Source: Anaerolineae bacterium (GTDB lineage: Bacteria; Chloroflexota; Anaerolineae; Aggregatilineales; Phototrophicaceae). Taken from it: DNA of 64,000 nt. The stretch is from assembly GCA_019912965.1 (NCBI GenBank), contig JAIOHM010000159.1, forward strand, positions 55,650 to 119,649, read 5' to 3'. This document shows positions 1 to 9,220 of the stretch, piece by piece. A program made the translations under genes and the position numbers. The notes beneath the pieces are model-generated. The model searched no databases and was not told the origin of the DNA. It was given only the letters and a program-made list of their open reading frames with translations. Positions within the stretch are counted from its first letter, which is position 1, and every line of letters starts with the position of its first letter.

Positions 1-1462
1 CATCAAAGATGTGGTGGAAGAACGCGGATTCACCGTCGACATGGATGGATTCAACGAAGAAGATGCACGCCACACGGAAATCAGCGGCGGCGGGCAGGCG
101 ATGGGCGAAATGACCACCGCAGACCAGTACAACGCTGTATTATCACAGTTGAAGACCTCCAAATTGCTCGGCGAAAACGGTGTGGTTTATGCACCGTATG
201 GGCCGCCAACCGCAAATGATCGGATTCTGGCGCTATTCCGTGATGGGCAGCGGGCTGAAAGTGCCATTACAGGCGATAAGGTCGAAGTGGTGCTGGGGCA
301 GACACCGTTCTATGTTGAAGCAGGTGGGCAGGTCAGCGATACAGGCACGATCAGCGGCGACGGTTGGCTGATTGAAGTGGAAGATACACGACGACCCGTG
401 GGCGGATTGATCGTCCATGTTGGCGAGGTGGTGGAAGGTACGCCTAAAGAAGGGGACGACGCCCACGCCGAAGTGGATACTATGCGGCGAGGGGACATCA
501 CCCGCAACCACACCGGAACCCATTTGCTCCATGCGGCGCTACGGCAGCGATTGGGCACACACGTTCAGCAACGTGGGTCACTGGTCGCACCAGACCGTCT
601 GCGTTTTGACTTCGCGCATGACCAGAAGCTCAGCGATGAAGAACTTCAGGCGATTGAAACGCAGGTTAATGAGATCATCCTGAAGAATTATCCAGTTGCC
701 GCGGAAGAAAAGTCACAGGCGCAAGCGCGACAGGAAGGCGCGATGGCGCTATTTGGTGAGAAATATGGCGACCGGGTACGCACGATTACGATTACGAAAA
801 ACGGCGAACGCTATAGCTACGAATTGTGCGGCGGGGTGCATGTCCCAGAAACCGCAGAGATTGGCTCGTTTGTGATCGTCAGCGAAGGCAGCGTAAGCGC
901 AGGCATCCGCCGTGTGGAAGCGCTAACCGGACGTGGTGCGGTTGAATATGTCCAAAATCAGTTGAATACGCTGGCGGAAGTGGCAAACCGTTTAGGAGCA
1001 ACACCTGATCAGGCTGCACATCGGGTTGAAATTCTGCAAGATGAGCTCAATGCAGCGAAGAAACAAATCGCGCAGTTGCAACGGGAAATCGCAAAAAGCC
1101 ACTTCGACCAGATGCAACCCGAAGACATCAGCGGTGTACCAACCATGATTGCCCGAATGGACGGCATGACAATGGATAATCTACGTGAGGTTTCCGACTG
1201 GTTCCGTAACAAGGTGAACAGCGGGGTACTCGTGCTTGGAAGCGCAACAGAAAACCGGCCTCAACTACTGGTTACAGTGACAGATGATCTGACCAAGAAA
1301 GGGCTGCACGCGGGCAACCTGATTAAGGAATTGGCAGCGGTGGTCGGCGGCGGCGGTGGTGGACGCCCGAATATGGCACAGGCGGGCGGTAAAGATGTGA
1401 GCAAGTTAGCGGATGCACTGGCGCAAGCGCGCGACCTGATTGCAAAGTACTATAAAGGCTGA
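1..1462 (+). CDS. alaS: Alanine--tRNA ligase, 5'-truncated by window edge
   Basis: TPFYVEAGGQVSD, RNHTGTHLLH, ELCGGVHV editing-domain motifs; C-terminal GGGGGRPNMAQAGG (DHHA1). Frame open from position 2. Confidence 0.98.
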   Translation, partial: IKDVVEERGFTVDMDGFNEEDARHTEISGGGQAMGEMTTADQYNAVLSQLKTSKLLGENGVVYAPYGPPTANDRILALFRDGQRAESAITGDKVEVVLGQTPFYVEAGGQVSDTGTISGDGWLIEVEDTRRPVGGLIVHVGEVVEGTPKEGDDAHAEVDTMRRGDITRNHTGTHLLHAALRQRLGTHVQQRGSLVAPDRLRFDFAHDQKLSDEELQAIETQVNEIILKNYPVAAEEKSQAQARQEGAMALFGEKYGDRVRTITITKNGERYSYELCGGVHVPETAEIGSFVIVSEGSVSAGIRRVEALTGRGAVEYVQNQLNTLAEVANRLGATPDQAAHRVEILQDELNAAKKQIAQLQREIAKSHFDQMQPEDISGVPTMIARMDGMTMDNLREVSDWFRNKVNSGVLVLGSATENRPQLLVTVTDDLTKKGLHAGNLIKELAAVVGGGGGGRPNMAQAGGKDVSKLADALAQARDLIAKYYKG

Positions 1463-3030
1463 TGGCAAACAAACCGGAATTTGTACAACTTGAACGGGGC
1501 GATGATGTTGCCTCAATTCGTGATCGCCTGTCATTCCTGCGTGGGCAACGGGTACTGCTGATCTGGCCGGAAGAAGGCACGATTCTGATCCGCAAGCTCG
1601 ATCTGGTGCTGATTCAGCGCGAGGCAATGCGACGGGCAATCCGGTTGGCATTGGTGACACATGATCCGCTGGTGGTCAAACACGCTACTGAACTCAATAT
1701 CAGCACCTATGAGACAATTGGCGCAAGCGAACGCGGGCGCTGGAAACGGGGACGCACCAAAGTCTTCACCAATCGTTTTCAACGTCCGAAAGATGAACCC
1801 ATTCCTGATGATTTGAAGGAAGTTGCCAGCCGGATTTATGCTGAAGAAACTGCTCAAGCCCGAAAGTGGCGACGGATTCGGCTGGTGATCGCGCTGGCAA
1901 TTTTTGCAGTAGTGGTGGTTGGGATTGGGGTCGTGGTGCTGCCAAGCGCAACCATCACCCTGACGCCCGCACAGAGCCGAATAGAGACGACAACCGACAT
2001 TACTGTAAATCCTCTGGTGCAGAGTGTGGATGTAGAAAATCGGCTTATCCCCGCTATCACCTTAAGCGTGCAGATTGAGGACAGCGGCACAATTGAAACC
2101 ACTGGGGCGCAGGCATTGGATGATGCGCCAGCTACAGGTTCCGTAGTGTTTATCAACCAAACGGGACAACCGATCACGATTCCTGCCGGAACAACCGTCA
2201 CCACCAGTGCAGGAACACCCATTCAATTCCGCACCACACAAGAAGCAATTTTAGAAGGCGGCATTGGGTTACAAATCGAAGTGCCGGTTGAAGCGCTACA
2301 AACTTCAGCGGGTGAAATCGGTAACGTAGACAGTGGATTGATTAACACGATTATTGGGCCGCTTGCCAGCAATGTGACTGTGCGTAACATTACGCCCACC
2401 GCTGGTGGTGCAAGCCGTTCGCAGCGGGTGGTAACGCAGGGCGACATTGATTTGCTGCTGGCAACGGTGAAACAGCAACTTCAAAATCGGGCTTATCTGG
2501 AAATGCAATCGCAGTTGACCGCTGATCAATGTATCATTCTGGAAACCGTCTACATCGCGGAAGAACGCAGCGATTGGACGACTTTCAGTGCTGAAACGGG
2601 ACAAATTGCCGATACATTATCGCTCACGATGCGAGTTGTGGTGGAAGCAACAGGTGTAGATGAACGTTATGGACGGCAGATTGTACTGGCGCAGATGTCC
2701 GGACAGATTGCAGAGGGACAGGTTATCAGACCGGACAGTGTAGCTTATGGGCTGGGATGCGAGTCTGTCAGCAGCAGCGATCTGGGCACTGGAACGGCAA
2801 CCTTCAGCGTTAGCGGAAGCGGCATTGTTGTATCGGAAATTGATGTCGAAGCGGTACGACAACGATTGGCTGGTCGTTCCACAAATGATGCAATAGCTTA
2901 TCTGGTTAGCGAACTTCCACTTCAACAAGGCATTGTGCCAGAAATCGTAATCGCCCCAGATTGGTTTGGGAACATGCCACTGCTGGCATGGCGCATCAGC
3001 ATACAATTGCAGGATACCCCGGTTCAATGA
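1462..3030 (+). CDS. Membrane-anchored baseplate J/gp47-like domain protein
   Basis: N-terminal alpha/beta domain, one TM helix (~aa 140-160), then ATGSVVFIN..IPAGTTV...F.T...VEA...GEIGNV..G.I...N..PTAGG, resembling baseplate J. TGATG overlap with alaS. Confidence 0.7.
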   Translation: MANKPEFVQLERGDDVASIRDRLSFLRGQRVLLIWPEEGTILIRKLDLVLIQREAMRRAIRLALVTHDPLVVKHATELNISTYETIGASERGRWKRGRTKVFTNRFQRPKDEPIPDDLKEVASRIYAEETAQARKWRRIRLVIALAIFAVVVVGIGVVVLPSATITLTPAQSRIETTTDITVNPLVQSVDVENRLIPAITLSVQIEDSGTIETTGAQALDDAPATGSVVFINQTGQPITIPAGTTVTTSAGTPIQFRTTQEAILEGGIGLQIEVPVEALQTSAGEIGNVDSGLINTIIGPLASNVTVRNITPTAGGASRSQRVVTQGDIDLLLATVKQQLQNRAYLEMQSQLTADQCIILETVYIAEERSDWTTFSAETGQIADTLSLTMRVVVEATGVDERYGRQIVLAQMSGQIAEGQVIRPDSVAYGLGCESVSSSDLGTGTATFSVSGSGIVVSEIDVEAVRQRLAGRSTNDAIAYLVSELPLQQGIVPEIVIAPDWFGNMPLLAWRISIQLQDTPVQ

Positions 3031-3473
3031 CGAATAAGGGACGATTGCTCGGCATCGATCATGGTTTAAAGCGCATCGGCCTGGCTGTCAGTGATGCGTC
3101 CGGGTTGATTGCCCGCGAATTGAGCATTATCCAGCGCACCTCCAACACAGCCGATTTTGAGAAGATCAATCGAGCGGCAAAAGAACAGCGGGTTATGGGC
3201 ATCGTCGTTGGCCTGCCCATAAACAGCGAAGCGAAACCCGGCGATTATACACAGGGGGATACCGTTAAACGGTGGATTGAACGCTTCGCCCAAACAACTC
3301 CCCTCCCCATCGTTACATGGGATGAACAGTTGACCAGCATTGATGCCCATGAATTGGCTATCCAGAAAAAGCGAAAGATGCGCGAACCATATGATGATCT
3401 GGCGGCGCGGCTGATTTTGCAAAGCTATCTAGACGCTGTACGCGATGGGCTAACATCATTTATTGAAGAATAA
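3027..3473 (+). CDS. ruvX: Holliday junction resolvase-like RuvX/YqgF (pre-16S rRNA nuclease)
   Basis: LGIDHGLKRIGLAVSD, VVGLP, WDEQLTS, DDLAARLILQSYL; ATGA overlap at 3027. Confidence 0.93.
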   Translation: MTNKGRLLGIDHGLKRIGLAVSDASGLIARELSIIQRTSNTADFEKINRAAKEQRVMGIVVGLPINSEAKPGDYTQGDTVKRWIERFAQTTPLPIVTWDEQLTSIDAHELAIQKKRKMREPYDDLAARLILQSYLDAVRDGLTSFIEE

Positions 3474-4590
3474 GAAGAGGTTATTTTTGGGACGTTTTAT
3501 TCGATTCATGGTGGTGATTATTGGGCTGCTGGTCATTATGGCGGTCGTTGCGGCGGGCGCTCTGTTCGTCGTCTCCGGCGGACGGCCTGTCGATTTTGTG
3601 CAAAAAACTATCATCCAATTCTCGTTGTCGTCACGGCAGGATGATCTCAATCGCTCGGTCAGCGATGATGCAACGCCCATTCGCTTCACCGTGAATACCG
3701 GGGATACACCCCCTTTGATTGCACGAAATCTGGTCAATACAAACCTGATTCTGGATGCGGATTTATTCGTAGACTATGTACGGCTCAACGATCTGGACAG
3801 GCAGCTTGAAGCCGGAACTTACTTCCTGAACAAATCACAAACGCTCATTCAAATCGCAGTCGCGCTGACGGATTCACGGAGCAGTCAATTCCCCTTCCGC
3901 ATTCTGGAGGGCTGGCGGTTGGAAGAAATCGTCGCGATGATTGACGACAATCCATACTTCAGCTTCAGTGGGGCGGAATTTCTGGGAGTTGTTGGGCCGG
4001 GTGCACAGGTAGACCCCAGTTTTGCAGCACAGGTCGGGTTACCGCCGGGAGCATCACTGGAAGGATTTCTATATCCCGATACCTACCAGCTTCCAGCGGA
4101 AGTAACCGCGACTATGCTACGTGATATTTTGATACAAGCGTTCATCGAAAAAATAGGGACGCAAATTCCGCTGGATGCCGCCGCACAAGGATTGACAGTG
4201 TTTCAAGCCGTTACACTGGCTTCGATTGTGCAGCGGGAAGCTGTACACCCGGACGAACAACCGATGATCGCCAGCGCATATCGCAACCGCCTAGCCATTA
4301 ACATGCGACTGGAAGCTGATCCCACTGTGCAATATGGGATTGGATTTCAAAATGGAAGCTGGTGGCCGCGCATTACGGCAGCAGATTACACCAACGCGGT
4401 TTCGCCTTACAACACTTATTTGAATGACGGTCTGCCGCCGGGGCCGATTGCCAGCCCCGGTTTGACGGCTATTCAAGCAGCAGTGTACCCAGCACAATCC
4501 GAATTTTTCTACTTCCGTGCCGACTGCCGGGGAGATGGGTATCACGACTTCGCACGAACCTTTGAGGAACATCTAGCGAATGGGTGTTAA
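3463..4590 (+). CDS. mltG: Endolytic transglycosylase MltG
   Basis: N-terminal TM, EGWRLEEI, LEGFLYPDTY, LASIVQRE, ADPTVQY, SPYNTY..GLPPGPIASPG; start could be ATG 3508. Confidence 0.95.
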   Translation: MKNKKRLFLGRFIRFMVVIIGLLVIMAVVAAGALFVVSGGRPVDFVQKTIIQFSLSSRQDDLNRSVSDDATPIRFTVNTGDTPPLIARNLVNTNLILDADLFVDYVRLNDLDRQLEAGTYFLNKSQTLIQIAVALTDSRSSQFPFRILEGWRLEEIVAMIDDNPYFSFSGAEFLGVVGPGAQVDPSFAAQVGLPPGASLEGFLYPDTYQLPAEVTATMLRDILIQAFIEKIGTQIPLDAAAQGLTVFQAVTLASIVQREAVHPDEQPMIASAYRNRLAINMRLEADPTVQYGIGFQNGSWWPRITAADYTNAVSPYNTYLNDGLPPGPIASPGLTAIQAAVYPAQSEFFYFRADCRGDGYHDFARTFEEHLANGC

Positions 4591-5442
4591 GTGAGCGTTC
4601 CAAGTTCCGAGTTCCGAGTTCCGAGATTCAGACTTGTCAGCCCGATTATGTTCATCATAACAGCAGTTGTGCTGTTTTGTGGGTGTGGGGCGAGACCGGG
4701 GGCAATCGCAAGGGTGGCACTACTGGCACCCTTCGAGGGACGTTACCGCGAAGTGGGATATAACGCGTATTATGCGGCACGGCTGGCGATACAGGATTTC
4801 GACAATCCTGACATAGAACTGCTGACAATTGATGATGGTGGCACAGCACAAAATGCAGCAGATCGAGCACAGGCATTGGCAGGTGATCCGCTGATCAAAG
4901 CTGTTATCGTGCTGGGGTATGCTGCAACGGATAGTCAGACACAGCAGGCATTTGGGGATTTGCCTGTGCTAGTCGTGGGTGGATGGGGCGCAAAACCCGA
5001 AACTGATACAGTTTTTATGCTGATAAACCCGGAGCTAGCGGCTACTATAGGGCGTATTGAGATAACAGATACATCACAACCAGAAAGCATGGCAACCGGT
5101 GGGGAAGTGTTGGCACTGGAACAGTTCCCCAAACTGCGACCTGACGTGCAAGGTATGGTCATTACAAGCAGTGCCAGTTTGCCAGATGCGGCTTTCCGCG
5201 AAAGGTACATTAACAGCGGCTTGTTTGTGCCAGAGCCGGGATTACTGGCAACCCTGACTTATGATGCTTTTGGAATGGTATTGCAGACAATACAAAATGG
5301 TGATGTGCAGTCCGCCTTCAATACGATGACCTATGACGGCGTAAACGGCACCATCCGATTTGAGGGTGGATATTGGGCAGATGCACCCATTCACCGTTAC
5401 CAGTATTATTCAGACGGCATCCTGAAACCTGCTACCCCGTAA
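4591..5442 (+). CDS. Lipoprotein with shortened type-1 periplasmic-binding fold (Leu-binding/LppC-like)
   Basis: Hydrophobic signal ending VLFCGC; RVALLAPFEG, ELLTIDD, TYDAF, YDGVNGTIRF; alternative start ATG 4648. Confidence 0.65.
   Translation: MSVPSSEFRVPRFRLVSPIMFIITAVVLFCGCGARPGAIARVALLAPFEGRYREVGYNAYYAARLAIQDFDNPDIELLTIDDGGTAQNAADRAQALAGDPLIKAVIVLGYAATDSQTQQAFGDLPVLVVGGWGAKPETDTVFMLINPELAATIGRIEITDTSQPESMATGGEVLALEQFPKLRPDVQGMVITSSASLPDAAFRERYINSGLFVPEPGLLATLTYDAFGMVLQTIQNGDVQSAFNTMTYDGVNGTIRFEGGYWADAPIHRYQYYSDGILKPATP
4597..4624 (+). repeat. Heptamer tandem repeat GTTCC(A/G)A x4
   Basis: gttccaa gttccga gttccga gttccga read directly. Confidence 0.85.
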
Positions 5443-5501
5443 CATTCTCCTCTAAGTCAGCGTCTATAACCCCAGATCACTTAACCTGAAATCGAGGGGA
5501 T

Positions 5502-6110
5502 ATGCTCACAATTTTTCTTCTCATGGCGGCATTCGCCGTGCTGCATAGCTGGTTGGCGGGACGTAATATCAAGCAAGCGATTCGCCAGCGCATCGGTGAT
5601 CGTGCATATCATGCATTTTATCGACTAGCCTACAATTTCTTTGCAGTTCTAACGCTTCTACCTCCATTTGCCATCGCCATTTTGAATCCCGGAAATACAG
5701 TCTGGCAGGTTGAAGGTATGGGACAATACATACTCCTGAGCATTCAGGTAATTGGTGTGATTGGTGTTGGCGTTTCATTCCTGCAAATTGACTGGCAGCG
5801 ATTCGCAGGCATACGGCAGGTAACGGCGTATCTGAAAGGCGAAACGTTGCCATTGCCCGATGAACCGTTACAAATTAAAGGGTTATACAAAGTGGTACGG
5901 CATCCTTTATATCTGTTTTCGCTGCTGGCAATCTGGCCGATGAGCACAATGAGCGAGGCACTGCTGGCGTTCAACATCGGGGCAACCCTGTATTTCATAC
6001 TGGGATCAATATTGGAAGAACGCCGATTGGTGGCAGGCTTTGGTGAGCAATACCGCAGCTATCAACGGAATACTTCCTGGCTCATCCCATTACCTAAGAT
6101 TCGTCACTAG
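5502..6110 (+). CDS. Membrane methyltransferase, ICMT/NnrU/MddA-like family
   Basis: Multiple TM helices; GLYKVVRHPLY and EERRL..FGEQY..YQ motifs. Confidence 0.8.
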   Translation: MLTIFLLMAAFAVLHSWLAGRNIKQAIRQRIGDRAYHAFYRLAYNFFAVLTLLPPFAIAILNPGNTVWQVEGMGQYILLSIQVIGVIGVGVSFLQIDWQRFAGIRQVTAYLKGETLPLPDEPLQIKGLYKVVRHPLYLFSLLAIWPMSTMSEALLAFNIGATLYFILGSILEERRLVAGFGEQYRSYQRNTSWLIPLPKIRH

Positions 6111-6159
6111 ATTCTCATGTTATTCTCACTTGAGAAGTCACTCTACAACGGATTACAAT
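6111..6159 (+). promoter_or_regulatory. Sigma70-type promoter preceded by ATTCTCA direct repeat
   Basis: ATTCTCA at 6111 and 6122; TTGAGA 6130-6135, N18, TACAAT 6154-6159. Confidence 0.45.
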
Positions 6160-6187
6160 CGCCACACTATATGGAGGATATTTCAGT

Positions 6188-6907
6188 ATGCAAAAATCAG
6201 CTTCGCTTATGGGTGGATCATCCCCTGAACAACAGCGTAATCGCATCATCATTGGGGCGATTATTGGGGTAGCAGTTATTGCGGCAATAGCATTTATCCT
6301 GATTTCGAGTAACCGGGTCAGTCTGACGAGCAGTGCTGATCTCAGTACGATCCCAACATCTCGGGTGTCAGATGGCGGTTTTGTGCTGGGCAATCCGAAT
6401 GCCCCGGTGACAATTGTCGAATTCGCAGATTTTACCTGCCCCCACTGCCAAGATTATACGGGGACAATTGACCGCTTCATCAACGAATTTGTGGCGACAG
6501 GGAAAGCTAAATTCGAGTATCGGATGCTGCGTTCTACGCGCAATCCTTACGGCGACTTCGCAGCGCAAATTGCCGAATGTTCCGAAACGCTAAAACCGGG
6601 TTCGTTCTTCATTGCCTACAAACGTTTATTTGAGCTGACAAGCGCAGGACTTTACGACAACCTCGGCCCAGATATCGCAGAACGCGTTGATGTGCCCTAT
6701 GCCGATTTGCTGCAATGCACGACCGAGGCCACACAATTTGTTACCGATTCAAATCTGGGCGCGGAATCTGGTGTACAAGGTACTCCGGCAGTAATGGTAC
6801 GGTATGGTGATGGGCCACTCCAGTGGGTGACGCTGGACGGTGTGACTTATAATCGGGGTGGATTGGCCTTCGACACGATAGCCAAAGTTGTTAATCAGTC
6901 GCAGTAA
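6188..6907 (+). CDS. DsbA/BdbD-family thiol-disulfide oxidoreductase
   Basis: N-terminal TM, LGNPNAPVTIVEFADFTCPHC, GVQGTP cis-Pro loop. Confidence 0.9.
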   Translation: MQKSASLMGGSSPEQQRNRIIIGAIIGVAVIAAIAFILISSNRVSLTSSADLSTIPTSRVSDGGFVLGNPNAPVTIVEFADFTCPHCQDYTGTIDRFINEFVATGKAKFEYRMLRSTRNPYGDFAAQIAECSETLKPGSFFIAYKRLFELTSAGLYDNLGPDIAERVDVPYADLLQCTTEATQFVTDSNLGAESGVQGTPAVMVRYGDGPLQWVTLDGVTYNRGGLAFDTIAKVVNQSQ

Positions 6908-6933
6908 AAAATCTGCCACATAACAAATCAACG

Positions 6934-6964
6934 AAGCCCGCTTGTATAAATCAGCGGGCTTTTT
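6934..6964 (+). terminator. Rho-independent terminator
   Basis: AAGCCCGCT/AGCGGGCTT stem followed by T-run. Confidence 0.8.
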
Positions 6965-6979
6965 GATGACAATGGTTTA

Positions 6980-7008
6980 TTGCCACAAGAAAAGCGGGTG
7001 TCTACAAT
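6980..7008 (+). promoter_or_regulatory. Sigma70-type promoter for the pncA-like/HNH/mtnA genes
   Basis: TTGCCA-N17-TACAAT. Confidence 0.65.
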
Positions 7009-7039
7009 TAGGGAAAGGCTTTGAGCGAAAGTTGAGGGC

Positions 7040-7762
7040 ATGAATACCGAAACGTTTATCGAACAGAGCAAGCCATTCATCGGCTGGATGCTAAACTGGA
7101 AAGCGGGTTTGAAAGCGGCAACGTTCGACTCATTGGTTCCAAATGCCGACCCGCACACAGTTGGGATTATTTCGGTTGATGTTATCGAGGGATTCTGCAC
7201 CATAGGGCCGCTGTCGTCAGCACGAGTCAATGGCATTGTTGAGCCGATCACTGCCCTGCTCACACTGGCATGGGAACGCGGCGTTCGGGATATTTGTCTG
7301 CCACAGGACACACATCCAGCAGATGCAGTGGAATTCGCACAATATGCACCTCACTGCATTCAGGGAACAGCAGAATCGGAAACGGTGGCGGCGTTCAAAA
7401 AGTTACCCTTCTTTGACCAGATTACGGTCATCGAAAAAAATTGTATCAACTGCGGCACGAACGATCCTTTCCTGGCGTGGGTCAAAGCGCGGGAACATAT
7501 CAAAACATGGATTGTGGTTGGGGATTGCACCGATATTTGCACCTATCAACTGGCAATGCATTTACGCACCTCGGCCAATGAAAGACAAATACAAGGGCAA
7601 CGGATCATTTTGCCGGTTGATTGTGTTGATACCTATGATCTACCAGTTGATACTGCACTGAAAATAGGCGCAACACCGCACGATGGCGAGCTTTTGCATC
7701 ATGTATTTCTGTATCACATGATGCTGAACGGTGTAGAAGTGGTGACCAAAATTACAGCATAA
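7040..7762 (+). CDS. pncA: Isochorismatase-family cysteine hydrolase, probable nicotinamidase
   Basis: VDVIEGF (Asp), QDTH and PHC (metal ligands), IEK (Lys), GDCTDIC (Cys). Confidence 0.7.
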   Translation: MNTETFIEQSKPFIGWMLNWKAGLKAATFDSLVPNADPHTVGIISVDVIEGFCTIGPLSSARVNGIVEPITALLTLAWERGVRDICLPQDTHPADAVEFAQYAPHCIQGTAESETVAAFKKLPFFDQITVIEKNCINCGTNDPFLAWVKAREHIKTWIVVGDCTDICTYQLAMHLRTSANERQIQGQRIILPVDCVDTYDLPVDTALKIGATPHDGELLHHVFLYHMMLNGVEVVTKITA

Positions 7763-7784
7763 AGAAACTTTCAGTTGAAGAACG

Positions 7785-8075
7785 ATGATGGGTAAACAAC
7801 AGGCTGTTTATCAATGTGGATTATGTAAACGGGATGTGCGGCAGGTTAGCAAACATCACCTGATCCCGAAGTCTGAAGGTGGGCGGGAGGTCATTGAACT
7901 GTGTGCGGCCTGCCATAAAACACTGCACAGCTTTTTTACCAACGGCACACTGGCAGCAGAATTGAATACGATTGCAGCACTGCGTCAAAACCCGGATGTT
8001 GCGCGATATTTGAAATGGGTACGCAAGCAGCGGGACAACCGCATCCGGGTGAACAAGAGTCGCAATCGGCGGTAG
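7785..8075 (+). CDS. Small HNH endonuclease family protein
   Basis: CGLC..HHLIPKSEGG...LCAACHKTLH. Confidence 0.85.
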   Translation: MMGKQQAVYQCGLCKRDVRQVSKHHLIPKSEGGREVIELCAACHKTLHSFFTNGTLAAELNTIAALRQNPDVARYLKWVRKQRDNRIRVNKSRNRR

Positions 8076-8102
8076 AGGCAATTTCACCAATAAGGAATTA
8101 TC

Positions 8103-9146
8103 ATGCGAACGGTTGAATGGCATAACGGCCAAGTACGAATGATTGATCAGAAGGCGATTCCCTGGAAACTGGAGCAGGTAGATTTGCCAACCTATCAAGC
8201 AGTTGCCGCTTCAATTACCGACATGACTGTGCGCGGTGCTCCCGCAATTGGGGCAGCGGCGGCTTTTGGCATGGCACTGGCGGCACGGCAGAGTAAAACC
8301 ACAAGTGTAGAAGCCCTACTGGCAGATTTGCGAGAAGCGAGCCAATTCCTTAAAGCGTCGCGCCCAACAGCGGTTAATCTGGCGTGGGCAGTCGATAAGT
8401 TGATGGAATTGGCGGATAGTGGAGAGTTCAAAAATCCCGATGATTTGCGGGATGCGTTATTGAATGAAGCGCAACGAATTGCCGACGAGGATGTAGCCAT
8501 CAATCAACGGATGGGTGCAAATGGTGCGGTACTCATCAAGGATGGCGACACGATTCTGCACCACTGTAACACCGGGGCACTGGCGACTGTCGATTATGGA
8601 ACGGCGCTGGGTGTGGTGCGGGCAGCCTTTGAGCAAGGCAAAAAGATTCATGTGCTGCTGGATGAAACGCGACCTCGATTGCAAGGGGCACGATTGAGCG
8701 CGTGGGAAATGGAACAACTGGGTGTGAGCTATGACATCATCCCGGATACAGCAGCGGGATACTATATGCAAAAAGGCGAAATCAAAATTGCGCTGGTTGG
8801 AGCTGACCGGGTGGCCGCCAATGGTGATTTCGCCAACAAAATCGGCACTTATCAGGTCGCGGTGCTGGCGAAAGAAAACGGCATCCCCTTCTATACCGTT
8901 GCGCCGACTTCAACGGTTGATCTATCGCTGGCGACCGGAGCGGAAATTCCGATTGAGGAACGCGGCAAAGATGAAGTGCTGACTCCTTATGGCAACCCAA
9001 TTGTGCCGCCGCACTTTCACGCCCGTAACCCGGCATTTGATGTGACGCCCAATCGCTACCTGAGCGGCATCATCACCGAAAACGGGATTGTACGTCCGCC
9101 ATTTATCGAGAATTTGCGGAGGGCAGTCGCGGGCGAAAAGGTTTAA
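8103..9146 (+). CDS. mtnA: S-methyl-5-thioribose-1-phosphate isomerase
   Basis: VRGAPAIG, RPTAVNL, HCNTGALAT, ETRPRLQGARL, NKIGTY, NPAFDVTP. Confidence 0.97.
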   Translation: MRTVEWHNGQVRMIDQKAIPWKLEQVDLPTYQAVAASITDMTVRGAPAIGAAAAFGMALAARQSKTTSVEALLADLREASQFLKASRPTAVNLAWAVDKLMELADSGEFKNPDDLRDALLNEAQRIADEDVAINQRMGANGAVLIKDGDTILHHCNTGALATVDYGTALGVVRAAFEQGKKIHVLLDETRPRLQGARLSAWEMEQLGVSYDIIPDTAAGYYMQKGEIKIALVGADRVAANGDFANKIGTYQVAVLAKENGIPFYTVAPTSTVDLSLATGAEIPIEERGKDEVLTPYGNPIVPPHFHARNPAFDVTPNRYLSGIITENGIVRPPFIENLRRAVAGEKV

Positions 9147-9220
9147 ACGCTACGACTCATATTCTCGGTCATTGTTCATCTTGCACCGCAACATAGCACC
9201 CTCTTAAGGAGAACGGATCA

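Noticed and set aside
1462-3030. Prophage or contractile injection system
   Set aside because: No sheath, tube, spike, terminase or integrase genes; flanks are housekeeping genes.
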